Below, piece after piece: positions 28,991-38,556 of a stretch of DNA of 64,000 nucleotides. Position 1 is the stretch's first letter. Every line of letters begins with the position of its first letter. The notes beneath the pieces are model-generated. The model was not told the DNA's origin, ran no database searches, and was given only the letters and a program-made list of their open reading frames with translations. The translations under genes and the position numbers were made by a program. The DNA comes from Candidatus Poseidoniaceae archaeon (GTDB lineage Archaea > Thermoplasmatota > Poseidoniia > Poseidoniales > Poseidoniaceae): assembly GCA_938030705.1 (NCBI GenBank), contig CALHIR010000005.1, forward strand, positions 132,909-196,908, given 5' to 3'.

Positions 28991-29704
28991 TTAGGAACCG
29001 AGTTCTTTGACTTCCGCATCTGAACTTCTTCGCATGACCTGCCCAATGAGTTCGCCCTTCATGCCTGCAGGACATTCAATCACGCAAGCCCAAGAGCCGT
29101 CCTCAAGCCAACCCTCTTTTTTCTGATATGACCGGAGAAGTTGAGAAACCGAACCGTAGGCAGAACCGGGCACTTTGAATGCGAGGCGAACAGATTCAAA
29201 GGATAACGGAATCAAAGGTTTGAGTTTGGCGATGGCGTCTTTCACCTGCTCTTCGAGACGCTTGAAGGGGTCAACCGAATACCGTGATTCTTCCAGTGCT
29301 AACTCGAGACGTGTTTTTGGATGGGGCGATTTGGTCTTTGGATCCACTGCTTGAGAGTGAATGTGGTGAATGATTTGCTGGCGCATGTTCTCGACCATTT
29401 GCTTTCGCTGGGCTGTCGTGAGTTGGATGGACCCCTTCTCGAGAATAATGGTGGTGATGGCCACGATGTCTTGGGTGCCAAAGGTCTTCTCGATGGCCTC
29501 CTCTGTTGGGCGCTCGCCGCCACGGGCATCATGGAAGACCTCGTCCATAGCGAGAAAATCATTGATCTCGATGGACTCTGGTGCATCCTTGAACGCTTCA
29601 ACCATCGTCGGGTCGACCAACACCTCGTAGCGTTTTCCACCCTTTTCCATTCGGGCAAGAACTGCGTCGTCAAGACTGACCATACCATCACTCATTCTCG
29701 CCAT
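28991..29704 (-). CDS. Ribosome maturation protein SBDS/Sdo1
   Basis: ARMEKGGKRYEVLVDP, FGT.D, QLTTAQR, PHP..R motifs. Confidence 0.95.
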   Translation of the reverse strand: MARMSDGMVSLDDAVLARMEKGGKRYEVLVDPTMVEAFKDAPESIEINDFLAMDEVFHDARGGERPTEEAIEKTFGTQDIVAITTIILEKGSIQLTTAQRKQMVENMRQQIIHHIHSQAVDPKTKSPHPKTRLELALEESRYSVDPFKRLEEQVKDAIAKLKPLIPLSFESVRLAFKVPGSAYGSVSQLLRSYQKKEGWLEDGSWACVIECPAGMKGELIGQVMRRSSDAEVKELGS

Positions 29705-29731
29705 AGAAGAGGCGACGCTTCAACCTAACCC

Positions 29732-30454
29732 TCAATCATCAAGGGGCTTCAAACGGTCAATTTGCTTGTTCACTTCACCACGGTCAAGGACACGGTAGCC
29801 GTTTGAATCGACAACGGTGACCTCAACAGCCTCCCGATTCAATTCAGCGTCGTTGGCTGAGCGGAGGGCTTCGAGGCCGAGTTTCATGGCGGCGTTGAGC
29901 GTCATGTTCTCCTTCCAATTGTCTTCAAAGAACTCGATGACGGTGTTTCGGCCGCTACCGATGGCACCTGCATGGTAGGATTGGTAAGCCCCCGAGGGGT
30001 CTGTTTCGTAGAGGTGAATGCCGTTGTCGTCAACACCTCCAATGAGAAGCGCCGTTCCGAACGGACGGGAGCCCCCGTATTGAGTGAACGACTGCTTGAA
30101 ATCACAGATTTTCTTCACCAGAACATCAACGGGAACGGTCGCACCGTAGGTGATTCGATTGATTTGCGCCTCAACACGGGCACGAGCAACAAGTTGGCGA
30201 GCGTCAGCCACCAATCCAGAGGTGGCAATACCAATGTGGCCGTCGATTTTGAACATCTTCTCAATGGATTCTGGGATAATGAGGCGACTGATAATGCGCT
30301 TGTCGCACACAAGAACAACGCCATCCTTGAATTTGAGGGCGGCGGTGGTGGTCCCACGCTTCACGGACTCGCGTGCATATTCGACTTGGAACAATCGTCC
30401 GTCTGGGCTGAATGTTGTGATTCCGTGATCGTATCCTCTTCCACTTGGTTGCAT
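29732..30454 (-). CDS. psmA: Proteasome alpha subunit
   Basis: YDHGITTFSPDGRLFQVEYA, SGLVADAR, RPFG, DPSG motifs. Confidence 0.98.
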   Translation of the reverse strand: MQPSGRGYDHGITTFSPDGRLFQVEYARESVKRGTTTAALKFKDGVVLVCDKRIISRLIIPESIEKMFKIDGHIGIATSGLVADARQLVARARVEAQINRITYGATVPVDVLVKKICDFKQSFTQYGGSRPFGTALLIGGVDDNGIHLYETDPSGAYQSYHAGAIGSGRNTVIEFFEDNWKENMTLNAAMKLGLEALRSANDAELNREAVEVTVVDSNGYRVLDRGEVNKQIDRLKPLDD

Positions 30455-30500
30455 GGTCTGACCTCATTCTTATGGCTCGGTTGACACTTTATGAGGATGA

Positions 30501-30597
30501 GGGTCATCTTGGATGAGTGCTGCTCCGATTCCAGGTTGACCTACCGGCCGACCTGTATGAACCCTACGAGGCGAACAGGCTCATCAAGGTGAGGCCC
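30501..30597. other. Candidate structured RNA or palindromic element in the psmA/dph6 divergent intergenic region
   Basis: Terminal arms 30501-30525 and 30573-30597 are largely complementary; internal hairpins at 30532-30555 and 30563-30571. Confidence 0.4.
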
Positions 30598-30608
30598 ATG
30601 GCACGACC

Positions 30609-31256
30609 ATGCGGGTCGTCGTCCTTTCGTCGGGAGGAAAGGATTCTGCAGCGGCATGGTGGTGGGCTAAATGCAGAGGATGGGAGGTGGTCGCTTTGGT
30701 CACGGTTTCCATTACCGGCCAAGATTCACCGATGTTCCAAATTCCAAGCACGCACTTGGTGGAACAACAAGCGGAACTTGCTGATCTTCCGTGGATCAAC
30801 GTGTCGACCTCGGGGGAAACCCCCGACGACATCGAGGCGCTGGAAAACGCTCTCGCCCCCCTCGACATTGAAGGCTTAGTCTCCGGTGCGCTTCGTTCAG
30901 ATTATCAGAAATCGCGTCTTGAGCAGATGGCAGAACGCTTGGGCATCAACAGCTGGACACCTCTTTGGCATCAATCCGGCCGCGAGCATGTTCAGCAAAT
31001 GATCGACCACGGCTTTGAAATCATGATCACCGGCGTATCAGCCGAGGGATTGGGGAAAGAATGGCTGGGTCATGTACTGACACCAACGTCGTTTGAGCGC
31101 TTGGAGGAACTCGCCAATCGCTACCGCTTCCATGTAGAGGGAGAGGGTGGGGAATACGAGACCTTCGTCCTTGCTGGACCTCATGTTGAGGGCCGCCTTG
31201 AGGTGGTAGGTGAAGTGGTTTGGGACGGTGTACGTGGACACGTCTCGTTTCATTGA
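30609..31256 (+). CDS. dph6: Diphthine--ammonia ligase
   Basis: SGGKDS PP-loop, GAL.SDYQK.R, PLW, GEGGEYET.V motifs. Confidence 0.92.
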   Translation: MRVVVLSSGGKDSAAAWWWAKCRGWEVVALVTVSITGQDSPMFQIPSTHLVEQQAELADLPWINVSTSGETPDDIEALENALAPLDIEGLVSGALRSDYQKSRLEQMAERLGINSWTPLWHQSGREHVQQMIDHGFEIMITGVSAEGLGKEWLGHVLTPTSFERLEELANRYRFHVEGEGGEYETFVLAGPHVEGRLEVVGEVVWDGVRGHVSFH

Positions 31257-32599
31257 ACGGCATCACGGGCAAGGGCGACACATTCGTCGACGATTTCTCC
31301 TGCCACACCAACGTGGTTCAGCGGGTCAAACATCGCCTCCAATTCCTCAGCAGAGAAGGCAGCGGAGATAGCGGGGGTTCGGCTGCATACGTCGATCAGT
31401 TCTTCGCCCTTGGCCACGGCTTCAAAGGAGGCTTCTCGCATCACTTCGTGGGCCTCATCCCTGGCCACGCCATGGTCAACCAACTCGATCATGACCTTCT
31501 CAGCCATGACCAGCCCTTTCTGTGCGTGGATATTGGCCAAACACCGGTCTCGGTCGACCCACATATTGGTCAAGACATCCGCAGTCTTGACCATCACGTC
31601 CTCGAGCAGCGCCGATGCGTGCGAGAGCGTGAAGCGTTCACTGCTTGAGTTGGCCAAGTCCCGCTCATGCCACAGCAAAGCGTTCTCGTAGGTAGGGATG
31701 ATGAAGGAACGAACAATGCGTGCAAGACCCGATGCATTCTCTGATTTGATGGGGTTCTTTTTGTGGGCCATGGTGGATGAACCGACTTGCTTCTTGACGT
31801 CAAAACCTTCACCCGCTTCCGCCAGTTCTGACCGTTGAAGATTGCGGATTTCTTGAAGCACCTTTTCGCACGTCGTGGCGACATTGGCCAACCAGGAGAT
31901 GTATTCGACGTACCGGTCTCGACCAACAACCTGTGTCGTTGCCAGCGGGACGCCCAAGCCAAGATGGGTCAGGATGAGGCGTTGAAGTTCACGTGCATTT
32001 TCACCTTGCGCAGCGCCCGTTCCCACGGCTCCAAGGAACTTACCAACGGCGATGCGGGGGGAGGCTTCATCCAAACGAATCAACTGACGGCGTAGTTCGT
32101 CCAACCACACGGCTGCTTTCAATCCGAAGGTGATGGGGACGGCCGCTTGGCCGTGTGTGCGGCCGAGCATGACGGTGTCCCGCTCACGTTCAGCGACATC
32201 AGCACATACCGAGATGAGGTGACGGAGTTGTTGCCGAAGTAACACGATGCTGTCCCGCAATTGGAGGCCGACCGCCGTGTCGACAATGTCGTTGGAAGTC
32301 GCTCCAAGATGGATGCACCACCCGGCATCTCCTGCGGCTTCGGCCATGGCCTTGGTCAAGGCCATGATGTCGTGGCGGGTCTCGGCCTCAATCTCGCTTA
32401 CGCGTTCTTTGGTCACGGCCTCGGGATTGGCAATGGCAGCCACCGCGTTGTAATCTTCTTCAGTGACCCGGCCGAGTTGCCAGTGGGCCCAAATCAAGGC
32501 TCTTTCAACCTCAAGTTGGCGCTCATGACGGCCAAGTTCTGACCAAATGTGCTTGAAATCTTGGGAACCGTACCGGTAATCGAGCGGGCAGAAGGCCAT
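31250..32599 (-). CDS. purB: Adenylosuccinate lyase
   Basis: PLDYRY, RHDIMA, HLGATSNDI, GRTHGQ, SSTMAHKKNP signature. Confidence 0.96.
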   Translation of the reverse strand: MAFCPLDYRYGSQDFKHIWSELGRHERQLEVERALIWAHWQLGRVTEEDYNAVAAIANPEAVTKERVSEIEAETRHDIMALTKAMAEAAGDAGWCIHLGATSNDIVDTAVGLQLRDSIVLLRQQLRHLISVCADVAERERDTVMLGRTHGQAAVPITFGLKAAVWLDELRRQLIRLDEASPRIAVGKFLGAVGTGAAQGENARELQRLILTHLGLGVPLATTQVVGRDRYVEYISWLANVATTCEKVLQEIRNLQRSELAEAGEGFDVKKQVGSSTMAHKKNPIKSENASGLARIVRSFIIPTYENALLWHERDLANSSSERFTLSHASALLEDVMVKTADVLTNMWVDRDRCLANIHAQKGLVMAEKVMIELVDHGVARDEAHEVMREASFEAVAKGEELIDVCSRTPAISAAFSAEELEAMFDPLNHVGVAGEIVDECVALARDAVQ

Positions 32600-32655
32600 G
32601 TTCTGAGGCGTGCGACCCGATTCATCAACCTTACCACACGGCACCATCAACCGGT

Positions 32656-33105
32656 TCAAGCCACGTCGGCCGTCATGACCTCATCGACCTCAACGGGAGC
32701 CATGACGTTGCGAATCAAGAAGATGGCAAGGATGGAAGAGGCGATGAAGGAAACACCGACCCAGGACGACATATTGTACCACATCATGGCAACACCGATG
32801 AGGGAGCCGTAAGAGACGACTTGACACAGGGCAGAAGCGAGCTCGAGTTTGCGTAAGCGCGCTGCAGGAAGGCGCTGCTCGTGTTCGAGGACGAAGGTGT
32901 AGATGAGAAAATAAATTCCCTGGAAGGGTAAGGCAGCGGCGATGATGGCAAGAGCAACCTCACGAATCATGAGATATTCCCTCGATTGTTCAATGCCCTG
33001 AAACAGCATGAGAGCCGTATTGGTGCCCAGCAAGGCAGCCATGATGGTCCAACGCTTGTCTTGTGAAGAGGTTCTGCTCTCAACGTTCACCGACTCTTCA
33101 CTCAT
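32656..33105 (-). CDS. Hypothetical 4-TM membrane protein
   Basis: Four hydrophobic segments; co-oriented with its neighbours. Confidence 0.7.
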   Translation of the reverse strand: MSEESVNVESRTSSQDKRWTIMAALLGTNTALMLFQGIEQSREYLMIREVALAIIAAALPFQGIYFLIYTFVLEHEQRLPAARLRKLELASALCQVVSYGSLIGVAMMWYNMSSWVGVSFIASSILAIFLIRNVMAPVEVDEVMTADVA

Positions 33106-33170
33106 AGGACGAGCATCATGTCGGTGAGGATTTGATGTTTGCCTCTTGTGACGGAGGGAAGGTTGCGAAT

Positions 33171-33380
33171 TCAACCGAGGAGACGGATGACCGTTCCCGT
33201 GATGGCAGCCACGATCAGCAACATGATCATCATCGCCACGGGGCCGTACTGGTTTTTGTCATCGAGCGCCGTCCCGATGAAGCCGTCTCTGGTGATGGCT
33301 TCCACGAAACTGTTGGCTTCCTCAAATTGCGGAGGTTCTCGCCGTGGAATGCGTTCTCCCTTGCGAACTTCGCCACTCAT
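33171..33380 (-). CDS. Small protein with a single C-terminal TM helix (tail-anchored topology)
   Basis: Hydrophilic N-terminus followed by PVAMMIMLLIVAAITGTVIRLLG*. Confidence 0.6.
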   Translation of the reverse strand: MSGEVRKGERIPRREPPQFEEANSFVEAITRDGFIGTALDDKNQYGPVAMMIMLLIVAAITGTVIRLLG

Positions 33381-33468
33381 GATTCCGCTGAGGGGGTCGG
33401 GGGTCATAGCCCTTGCGAACCTTGTATCCGCCGCAAGCCTCATTCACCGATGGCGCAGGCTTTGAGGC

Positions 33469-34059
33469 ATGGAGCGATTCAATTTCGAGGTCAGCGGAGA
33501 ACGTATTCATCTCGCCGTTGAAGGCAGCACCGGTGGAACCACGCTCGGGCTTCACCTTGCTGCAGACGTTATCAACGAAGGGAAACGCGTGCTTTGGGCA
33601 TCCCTCGAAATGCCTGACGCCGCCCGGTTTTCCCAACTCTTTCAACACCTATCCTTGGTTGAAAGTTCGAGGTTTCATGCCATGAATTTCGGAGGGAAAT
33701 TTGACCGGGCCATCGATGCACTGCTTGAAGCAGCCACATCACTTCCAAGCGTTGGCCTCATCGTGATGGACGATTGGTGCGCCTCAAGCGGGAGAATCTC
33801 ATCCGAGCGCCTCCAACACATTGAGCGCGTGGCGATGGAGTGCCCGGATTCCACCACCATTCTCTTGATTTCAAAGGGCAGCGTTGACGCCAGCGGTTCC
33901 ACCGAAGACCCGATCGTGGCTCGCTCCGCTGATGCCATGAGCAAAAAGGGATACCAAATCTGGAGATTATGGCGTGGATTGAACGGCGGGCAACGGGTGC
34001 TTGTAAGAGGCGAAACGACCACCAATGTGGTGATTGAAGATTCAGGATTCGTCCGCTGA
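33469..34059 (+). CDS. RecA/RadB-superfamily protein with degenerate Walker A
   Basis: IHLAVEGSTGGTT (P-loop lacking Lys), GKRVLWASLE, Walker B LIVMDD, C-terminal IEDSG. Confidence 0.7.
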   Translation: MERFNFEVSGERIHLAVEGSTGGTTLGLHLAADVINEGKRVLWASLEMPDAARFSQLFQHLSLVESSRFHAMNFGGKFDRAIDALLEAATSLPSVGLIVMDDWCASSGRISSERLQHIERVAMECPDSTTILLISKGSVDASGSTEDPIVARSADAMSKKGYQIWRLWRGLNGGQRVLVRGETTTNVVIEDSGFVR

Positions 34060-34299
34060 CGCCTCATCTTCTCCAAGCAGTTTGGCCATTTCCTCGAGGG
34101 CATCCTCATCGGGCTCATCAAACTGTTGTGGATTTCGGGCACCACCATCCATTTCATCTTGACCAGCAATCTTTGGCCCGCTCGATTCAAGCATGGAGGA
34201 GCGGTTTTTCATGGCGCGCTGGCTGATGAACCACACCATCACGAGCAAACTCAACCCCATGATGGCGTAGGCGATGTTCTTGGTGGTTTCTGGCTCCAT
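34042..34299 (-). CDS. Small single-TM membrane protein
   Basis: N-terminal TM (IAYAIMGLSLLVMVWFI) followed by an acidic tail. Confidence 0.6.
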   Translation of the reverse strand: MEPETTKNIAYAIMGLSLLVMVWFISQRAMKNRSSMLESSGPKIAGQDEMDGGARNPQQFDEPDEDALEEMAKLLGEDEASADES

Positions 34300-34341
34300 G
34301 GACGAAACTGAATGCTCAACCTTTTCATCGTTTTGTAGCAA

Positions 34342-35547
34342 TCACATCGTTCCGTCAGCATCTTCCCACGCAAGCGGTCGAGCGAGATGGCGGCGTGCAT
34401 CCATTGGAGGTTCTACCCAGCCGGCATACGGAGGTTCGACAATGACGGCCTCCCAAGCCTCGCCCGTTCGTAATTTGCACGATGGACATCGCAAACCTTG
34501 TCCTTTGCCCATGCTCTTCAGGCGCACATCGCACGATGAACAGCGTGGTCGTTGAAACGTGCGGGGCTCCCACGATTCGACTTTCAGACGTTCGGCATGC
34601 AGTGTCCCATCCGGATGGAGTAAGCCAGCAACGGCCACGGTGTCTCCGGCCTTCAGCCATCGCGCCACCGAATTGACGGGACCACCTTCTGCGTAAGCAA
34701 GAACGGTTGGACCATCGGTCCGAATCATTGCATGCTTGCGAGTGGGGTGGGTTTCAACCCCCACAACGGTGAAAATCTGAGGTGGTGGCAAATGGTCGCC
34801 GCTGGCCTGGTTGGTTTGAAACACCCGCCACCCGGATACCGATTCGGTCCCCGGCGAGTGCATGAGATGCTTGCATGCGCCTTCCGCTGCCTCAAAACTT
34901 GTTCCTCGAACGCCAAAGAGCACCGGCGAGGCCCCTCGTGGCGCAATCAAACCACTACCGTTTCTCGGGTCGCGCGAAAACACCACCCCGTCCCAACCGT
35001 CAATTTCCTCAAGGGCGTCCGAGTCGATGACTCGCTGTTGATGTTGGTCAGTTGTAGACCGCCAGGCAATCGCTTCCCACGTGATGCTTTCAGCCGGCCA
35101 GGACACGGCTGCAGCGGCCCCAATTCTTCCTGACCCTCCCCAAGCATGATGGGGCGTTGGCAGCGATGAAATTCCAACTTCTTCGCGAACAGCTTTCCAG
35201 TAAAACTGTCCATCCGGGGGTGTTCGATAATACACCATGCCCGGACTTGCAGGTGATTGAGGCCTGTCCGAGACCGCCGAGGGCGCTACAACCCCGTGCA
35301 ACGGCTCGATATGCTCCGTCCACCACGCCTCAAGATGGTGCATCAACCCCGCTTCATCATCGGCGTGAAGTTCAACCGCCAGGGCAGCATTACCACGCGT
35401 TCTTCGCCGAGCAAACGGCCACAGGCGAACAAGTCGAGGAACACCCGTCTTGACGCCCTCTGGCAACCCTTCCAACAGGGCATGGAAGGTGGCCGTGGTG
35501 CAACCACCCTCCAGTGAATCGGTATCGTCAAGCCCTAACCACCCCAT
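34342..35547 (-). CDS. tiaS: tRNA(Ile2) 2-agmatinylcytidine synthetase
   Basis: GLDDTDS..GGCTT, RLVRL.P....RTRGN, PVLFGVRG, TNQ.S.DH, C-terminal Zn-ribbon and RRHLARP. Confidence 0.93.
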   Translation of the reverse strand: MGWLGLDDTDSLEGGCTTATFHALLEGLPEGVKTGVPRLVRLWPFARRRTRGNAALAVELHADDEAGLMHHLEAWWTEHIEPLHGVVAPSAVSDRPQSPASPGMVYYRTPPDGQFYWKAVREEVGISSLPTPHHAWGGSGRIGAAAAVSWPAESITWEAIAWRSTTDQHQQRVIDSDALEEIDGWDGVVFSRDPRNGSGLIAPRGASPVLFGVRGTSFEAAEGACKHLMHSPGTESVSGWRVFQTNQASGDHLPPPQIFTVVGVETHPTRKHAMIRTDGPTVLAYAEGGPVNSVARWLKAGDTVAVAGLLHPDGTLHAERLKVESWEPRTFQRPRCSSCDVRLKSMGKGQGLRCPSCKLRTGEAWEAVIVEPPYAGWVEPPMDARRHLARPLAWEDADGTM

Positions 35548-35555
35548 GAGACCAC

Positions 35556-36215
35556 CTATGGTTGAAACGTATCACCAGGATCGTCTGCGTTGGACAACCG
35601 GTCGCGTACCTGTGAAAGACCGATGGTCTTTGAGACCCGAAAGAGCCTCGCCCCATAGGCCCATCCAGCTCCCATGTCGGAGTTGCGGTCGCCCACCATC
35701 AAATCAAGAACATGTGGAGGAGCGGGCTTGGCCCCCCACCAGTTCACCGTGCGTTCGTCAGCAGGGTAGAGTTGAGGCCGGAAGGAAGCCGTAACCTCGT
35801 CTTCCCTGCGCAGGAGGTGGTGGCCGAGAAACAACATGTTTGGGGACGGTTTACGGCAACGGCAACGGTCTTCATAACGATGGGGGCAGGTCAAGAAGGC
35901 ATCGACATGAGCCCTTGGGTCCACTTCGAGAAGACGTTGCTGCAGAGTAGCATGAAGAAGTTCAAGACGTTCCGGCCCCCACAACCCCCTTGCTATTGGA
36001 GATTGATTGGTGACGACACAGATGAGGAAACCCTGTTCACGAAGTTCAGCGATGGCCTCAGCCGCACCGTCAAGGAGTTTCATTTCCTCCGGACGATTGA
36101 CATAACCCGCTTTTCCGAGGTTGAGAACCCCGTCCCTGTCAAGAAACGCCACCGGCGATTCGACACGTGATGGGTAGGGCAGGAGCGGCGCCGTTTGTAC
36201 GAAAGGCCCGTCCAT
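35556..36215 (-). CDS. HAD subfamily IIIA phosphatase (GmhB/HisB-like)
   Basis: FLDRDGVLN, VVTNQS, CPH...C.CRKP, MVGDRNSD motifs. Confidence 0.9.
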   Translation of the reverse strand: MDGPFVQTAPLLPYPSRVESPVAFLDRDGVLNLGKAGYVNRPEEMKLLDGAAEAIAELREQGFLICVVTNQSPIARGLWGPERLELLHATLQQRLLEVDPRAHVDAFLTCPHRYEDRCRCRKPSPNMLFLGHHLLRREDEVTASFRPQLYPADERTVNWWGAKPAPPHVLDLMVGDRNSDMGAGWAYGARLFRVSKTIGLSQVRDRLSNADDPGDTFQP

Positions 36216-36229
36216 GATGTTCGGCTTCG

Positions 36230-37201
36230 TTGACGACTCATGGGCTTTGTTCTCATTTGGAGACCTTGATAGTGCATCACCTCCTCGGTTGGCATGTGCT
36301 CATCGAACGAGAAACAGCCACACTCATCGGTGCGGCTGGCATGATGCTCCTTGGTGGAGCGTGGTGGTGGCGTGAGCGGTCGGTGGTAAGGTGGGCTCAA
36401 ACTGGGTGGATTCTCGTTGGCGTCTACTTCTTCTCCCAAGCGTGGACCTACCATTCACACGACGATCCCATCTTGACCATCATGTCGGCGTTGACCCTGC
36501 CGTTAAGCGGGCTTGCAGCGTGGTGGGAGCAAGCGGCCGTTGACCGGAAAAAGGAGGCCATCGTTTGGGCCCGGGGCACCGTTGCGTTCGCAGGTGGCCC
36601 TTACCTTCTGATATCCTATGTACCGTACTTGAGCGTGCTCGCGATTTGGTTCGTGGCCTCACAATCGGCTTGGTTTCTTGGATTTGCAACGGGACAAGAC
36701 ATTGAAATTGGAACCACATGGGTGAACGACCCATCCGGACGTGTCTCATGGGAGGAATGGGATGGCAACCGATGGTTTGCAACGGATTTCAGCGGCGAAT
36801 ACGCCTTTCAATCCGAACTGTTGTTCGCCGATGGCAGCCTCATCGGCATCAACTTCGTCCTTGCATGCACCGCCATTCAATCGATGGTCCTCTTCATCGG
36901 GGCAATCGCCGTGTTGAACATGTCATGGAAAAAGCGCGCTCGAGCCTTGTTGCTGGTGATTCCGACCATTCATGCCCTGAATGTTTTCAGAAATGCTGGG
37001 CTCATTTGGATGCACGTGACCTACACGCAGTGGGATTTGTGGGGGTTGAGTGTGTTTGAATTTGGCCACAGTTATATCGCTCGTTTCGTTAGCCTCTTTG
37101 CCATGTTTTTACTTGCCTTGATCATGTTTGAAATGCTACCAAATATGCATCGCAACATCATGGCTTTGACGGGTTCCGACCGCCAAAAACATCAGCCATA
37201 A
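36230..37201 (+). CDS. Archaeosortase (ArtA-like, exosortase family); true start may be GTG 36296
   Basis: Multi-TM protein with ACTAIQS (catalytic Cys), LNVFRN (Arg) and F..GH motifs. Confidence 0.82.
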   Translation: MTTHGLCSHLETLIVHHLLGWHVLIERETATLIGAAGMMLLGGAWWWRERSVVRWAQTGWILVGVYFFSQAWTYHSHDDPILTIMSALTLPLSGLAAWWEQAAVDRKKEAIVWARGTVAFAGGPYLLISYVPYLSVLAIWFVASQSAWFLGFATGQDIEIGTTWVNDPSGRVSWEEWDGNRWFATDFSGEYAFQSELLFADGSLIGINFVLACTAIQSMVLFIGAIAVLNMSWKKRARALLLVIPTIHALNVFRNAGLIWMHVTYTQWDLWGLSVFEFGHSYIARFVSLFAMFLLALIMFEMLPNMHRNIMALTGSDRQKHQP

Positions 37202-37353
37202 GGTGCAGACGCCGAGAGTCGAACTCGGGTAGAGAGGTTGGGAACCTCCCATCATAACCACTAGATCACGCCTGCCGTGCTGCTTAGGAGGAAGCCACAA
37301 TTCATGAGCCATTTGGTTGGAAATAATGATGGAGGGGGGCGGAATGTCAGCAC

Positions 37354-38442
37354 ATGCATCCTGCTCTGAAACCGTTTGTGTTTGAGCGGGGAGGTCATAC
37401 CGTACGAAATCGTACCGTGTTGGCCGCCATGACCAATAAACAGAGCCACGCAGACGGTACGCTGTCCGAAGATGAAATTCAATGGCTTGAAGCACGGAGT
37501 GAAGGAGGATTTGGAATCATCACCACCGCCGCAACTCATGTGGAGAAAGACGGGCAGGGTTGGGAAGGCGAATTTGGAACATGGTCCGACACACACCTCG
37601 AGGGACTTACTCAACTCGCTCAAAATATCAATCTCCACGGTGGAATCGGACTGGCCCAGTTGTTTCATGGTGGAATGCGAGCGCCTGAGCGGTTGACCGG
37701 CTGCCAACCAAAATCGGCATCGGAAAACGAACTCGGTAGCGGGCTCGGGCAAAGCAGAGCGATGACTGCCGAGGACATTGAGGGCACAATACGCGCCTTT
37801 GGTCTCGCTGCGAATCGGTGTGAGAAGGCTGGATTCCAAGGGGTTGAACTCCATGGTGCCCATGGATACCTGATCGCCCAATTCCTTGGTGCATCAACCA
37901 ATCGAAGGAACGATGAGTGGGGAGGAAGCCAAAAAAAACGGACCCGTTTTTTACGAGAAATCGTCAACAACGTGCGGCGTTGCACAAGTCCCAATTTTTT
38001 GGTCGGTGTTCGTCTCTCTCCCGTCTTGGCGTCCTGCGGGCTTGACCTTGATGATGCCTTAGATACCCTTCAACAATGCAACGAAATGGACCTTGATTTC
38101 GTCCATGTCTCCTGCTGGGACATTACCGAAACCGGCATTTACAACGGAAAGGAGGAACCCTATACGACCCACTTCAGGAACGTATTGGACGAGGCAACAC
38201 CCCTCATCACGACCGGAGGGGTTTGGAATGCAAACGATGCTCACCTTGCTCATAGGCAAGGTGCAGCGTTTGTAGGCGTTGGACGCGTAGCCATCGCCCA
38301 CCCCGATTGGCCGAGGTATCTCTCCGGGAATGCGAAGGAACCAAAGAGGCCTCCTTTTGATGAGGCCTGGCTGGTGAAAGCCAAACTGAACCCAACCTTC
38401 ATTGCCTACATGCGCCGATGGGATGGCTTTGTGTCGGATTGA
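37354..38442 (+). CDS. NADH:flavin oxidoreductase (Old Yellow Enzyme family)
   Basis: RNR.V.A.MT, QLFHGG, GVELHGAHGYLIAQF, NRRNDEWGG motifs. Confidence 0.93.
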   Translation: MHPALKPFVFERGGHTVRNRTVLAAMTNKQSHADGTLSEDEIQWLEARSEGGFGIITTAATHVEKDGQGWEGEFGTWSDTHLEGLTQLAQNINLHGGIGLAQLFHGGMRAPERLTGCQPKSASENELGSGLGQSRAMTAEDIEGTIRAFGLAANRCEKAGFQGVELHGAHGYLIAQFLGASTNRRNDEWGGSQKKRTRFLREIVNNVRRCTSPNFLVGVRLSPVLASCGLDLDDALDTLQQCNEMDLDFVHVSCWDITETGIYNGKEEPYTTHFRNVLDEATPLITTGGVWNANDAHLAHRQGAAFVGVGRVAIAHPDWPRYLSGNAKEPKRPPFDEAWLVKAKLNPTFIAYMRRWDGFVSD

Positions 38443-38443
38443 G

Positions 38444-38515
38444 CGCCCCTGCCGCGATTCGAACGCGGGTTCCTGGCTCCGGAGGCCGGGGTGATATCCA
38501 CTACACTACAGGGGC
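38444..38515 (-). tRNA. tRNA-Arg(CCG)
   Basis: Minus strand GCCCCTG...anticodon loop CT-CCG-GA...GTTCGAATC...CAGGGGC-G; cloverleaf folds; no intron and no encoded CCA. Confidence 0.93.
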
Positions 38516-38556
38516 AAGCAGATGCGCTCGCTCCAACCGTATCATGTCTTCTCTGC

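Noticed and set aside
30501-30597. Hammerhead ribozyme or SRP RNA identity for the structured element
   Set aside because: CTGTATGA and CGAAC deviate from the invariant CUGANGA and GAAA. The CAGG and GGAGCAG pieces on the minus strand do not form the SRP helix-8 GNRA hairpin, and the element is too short.
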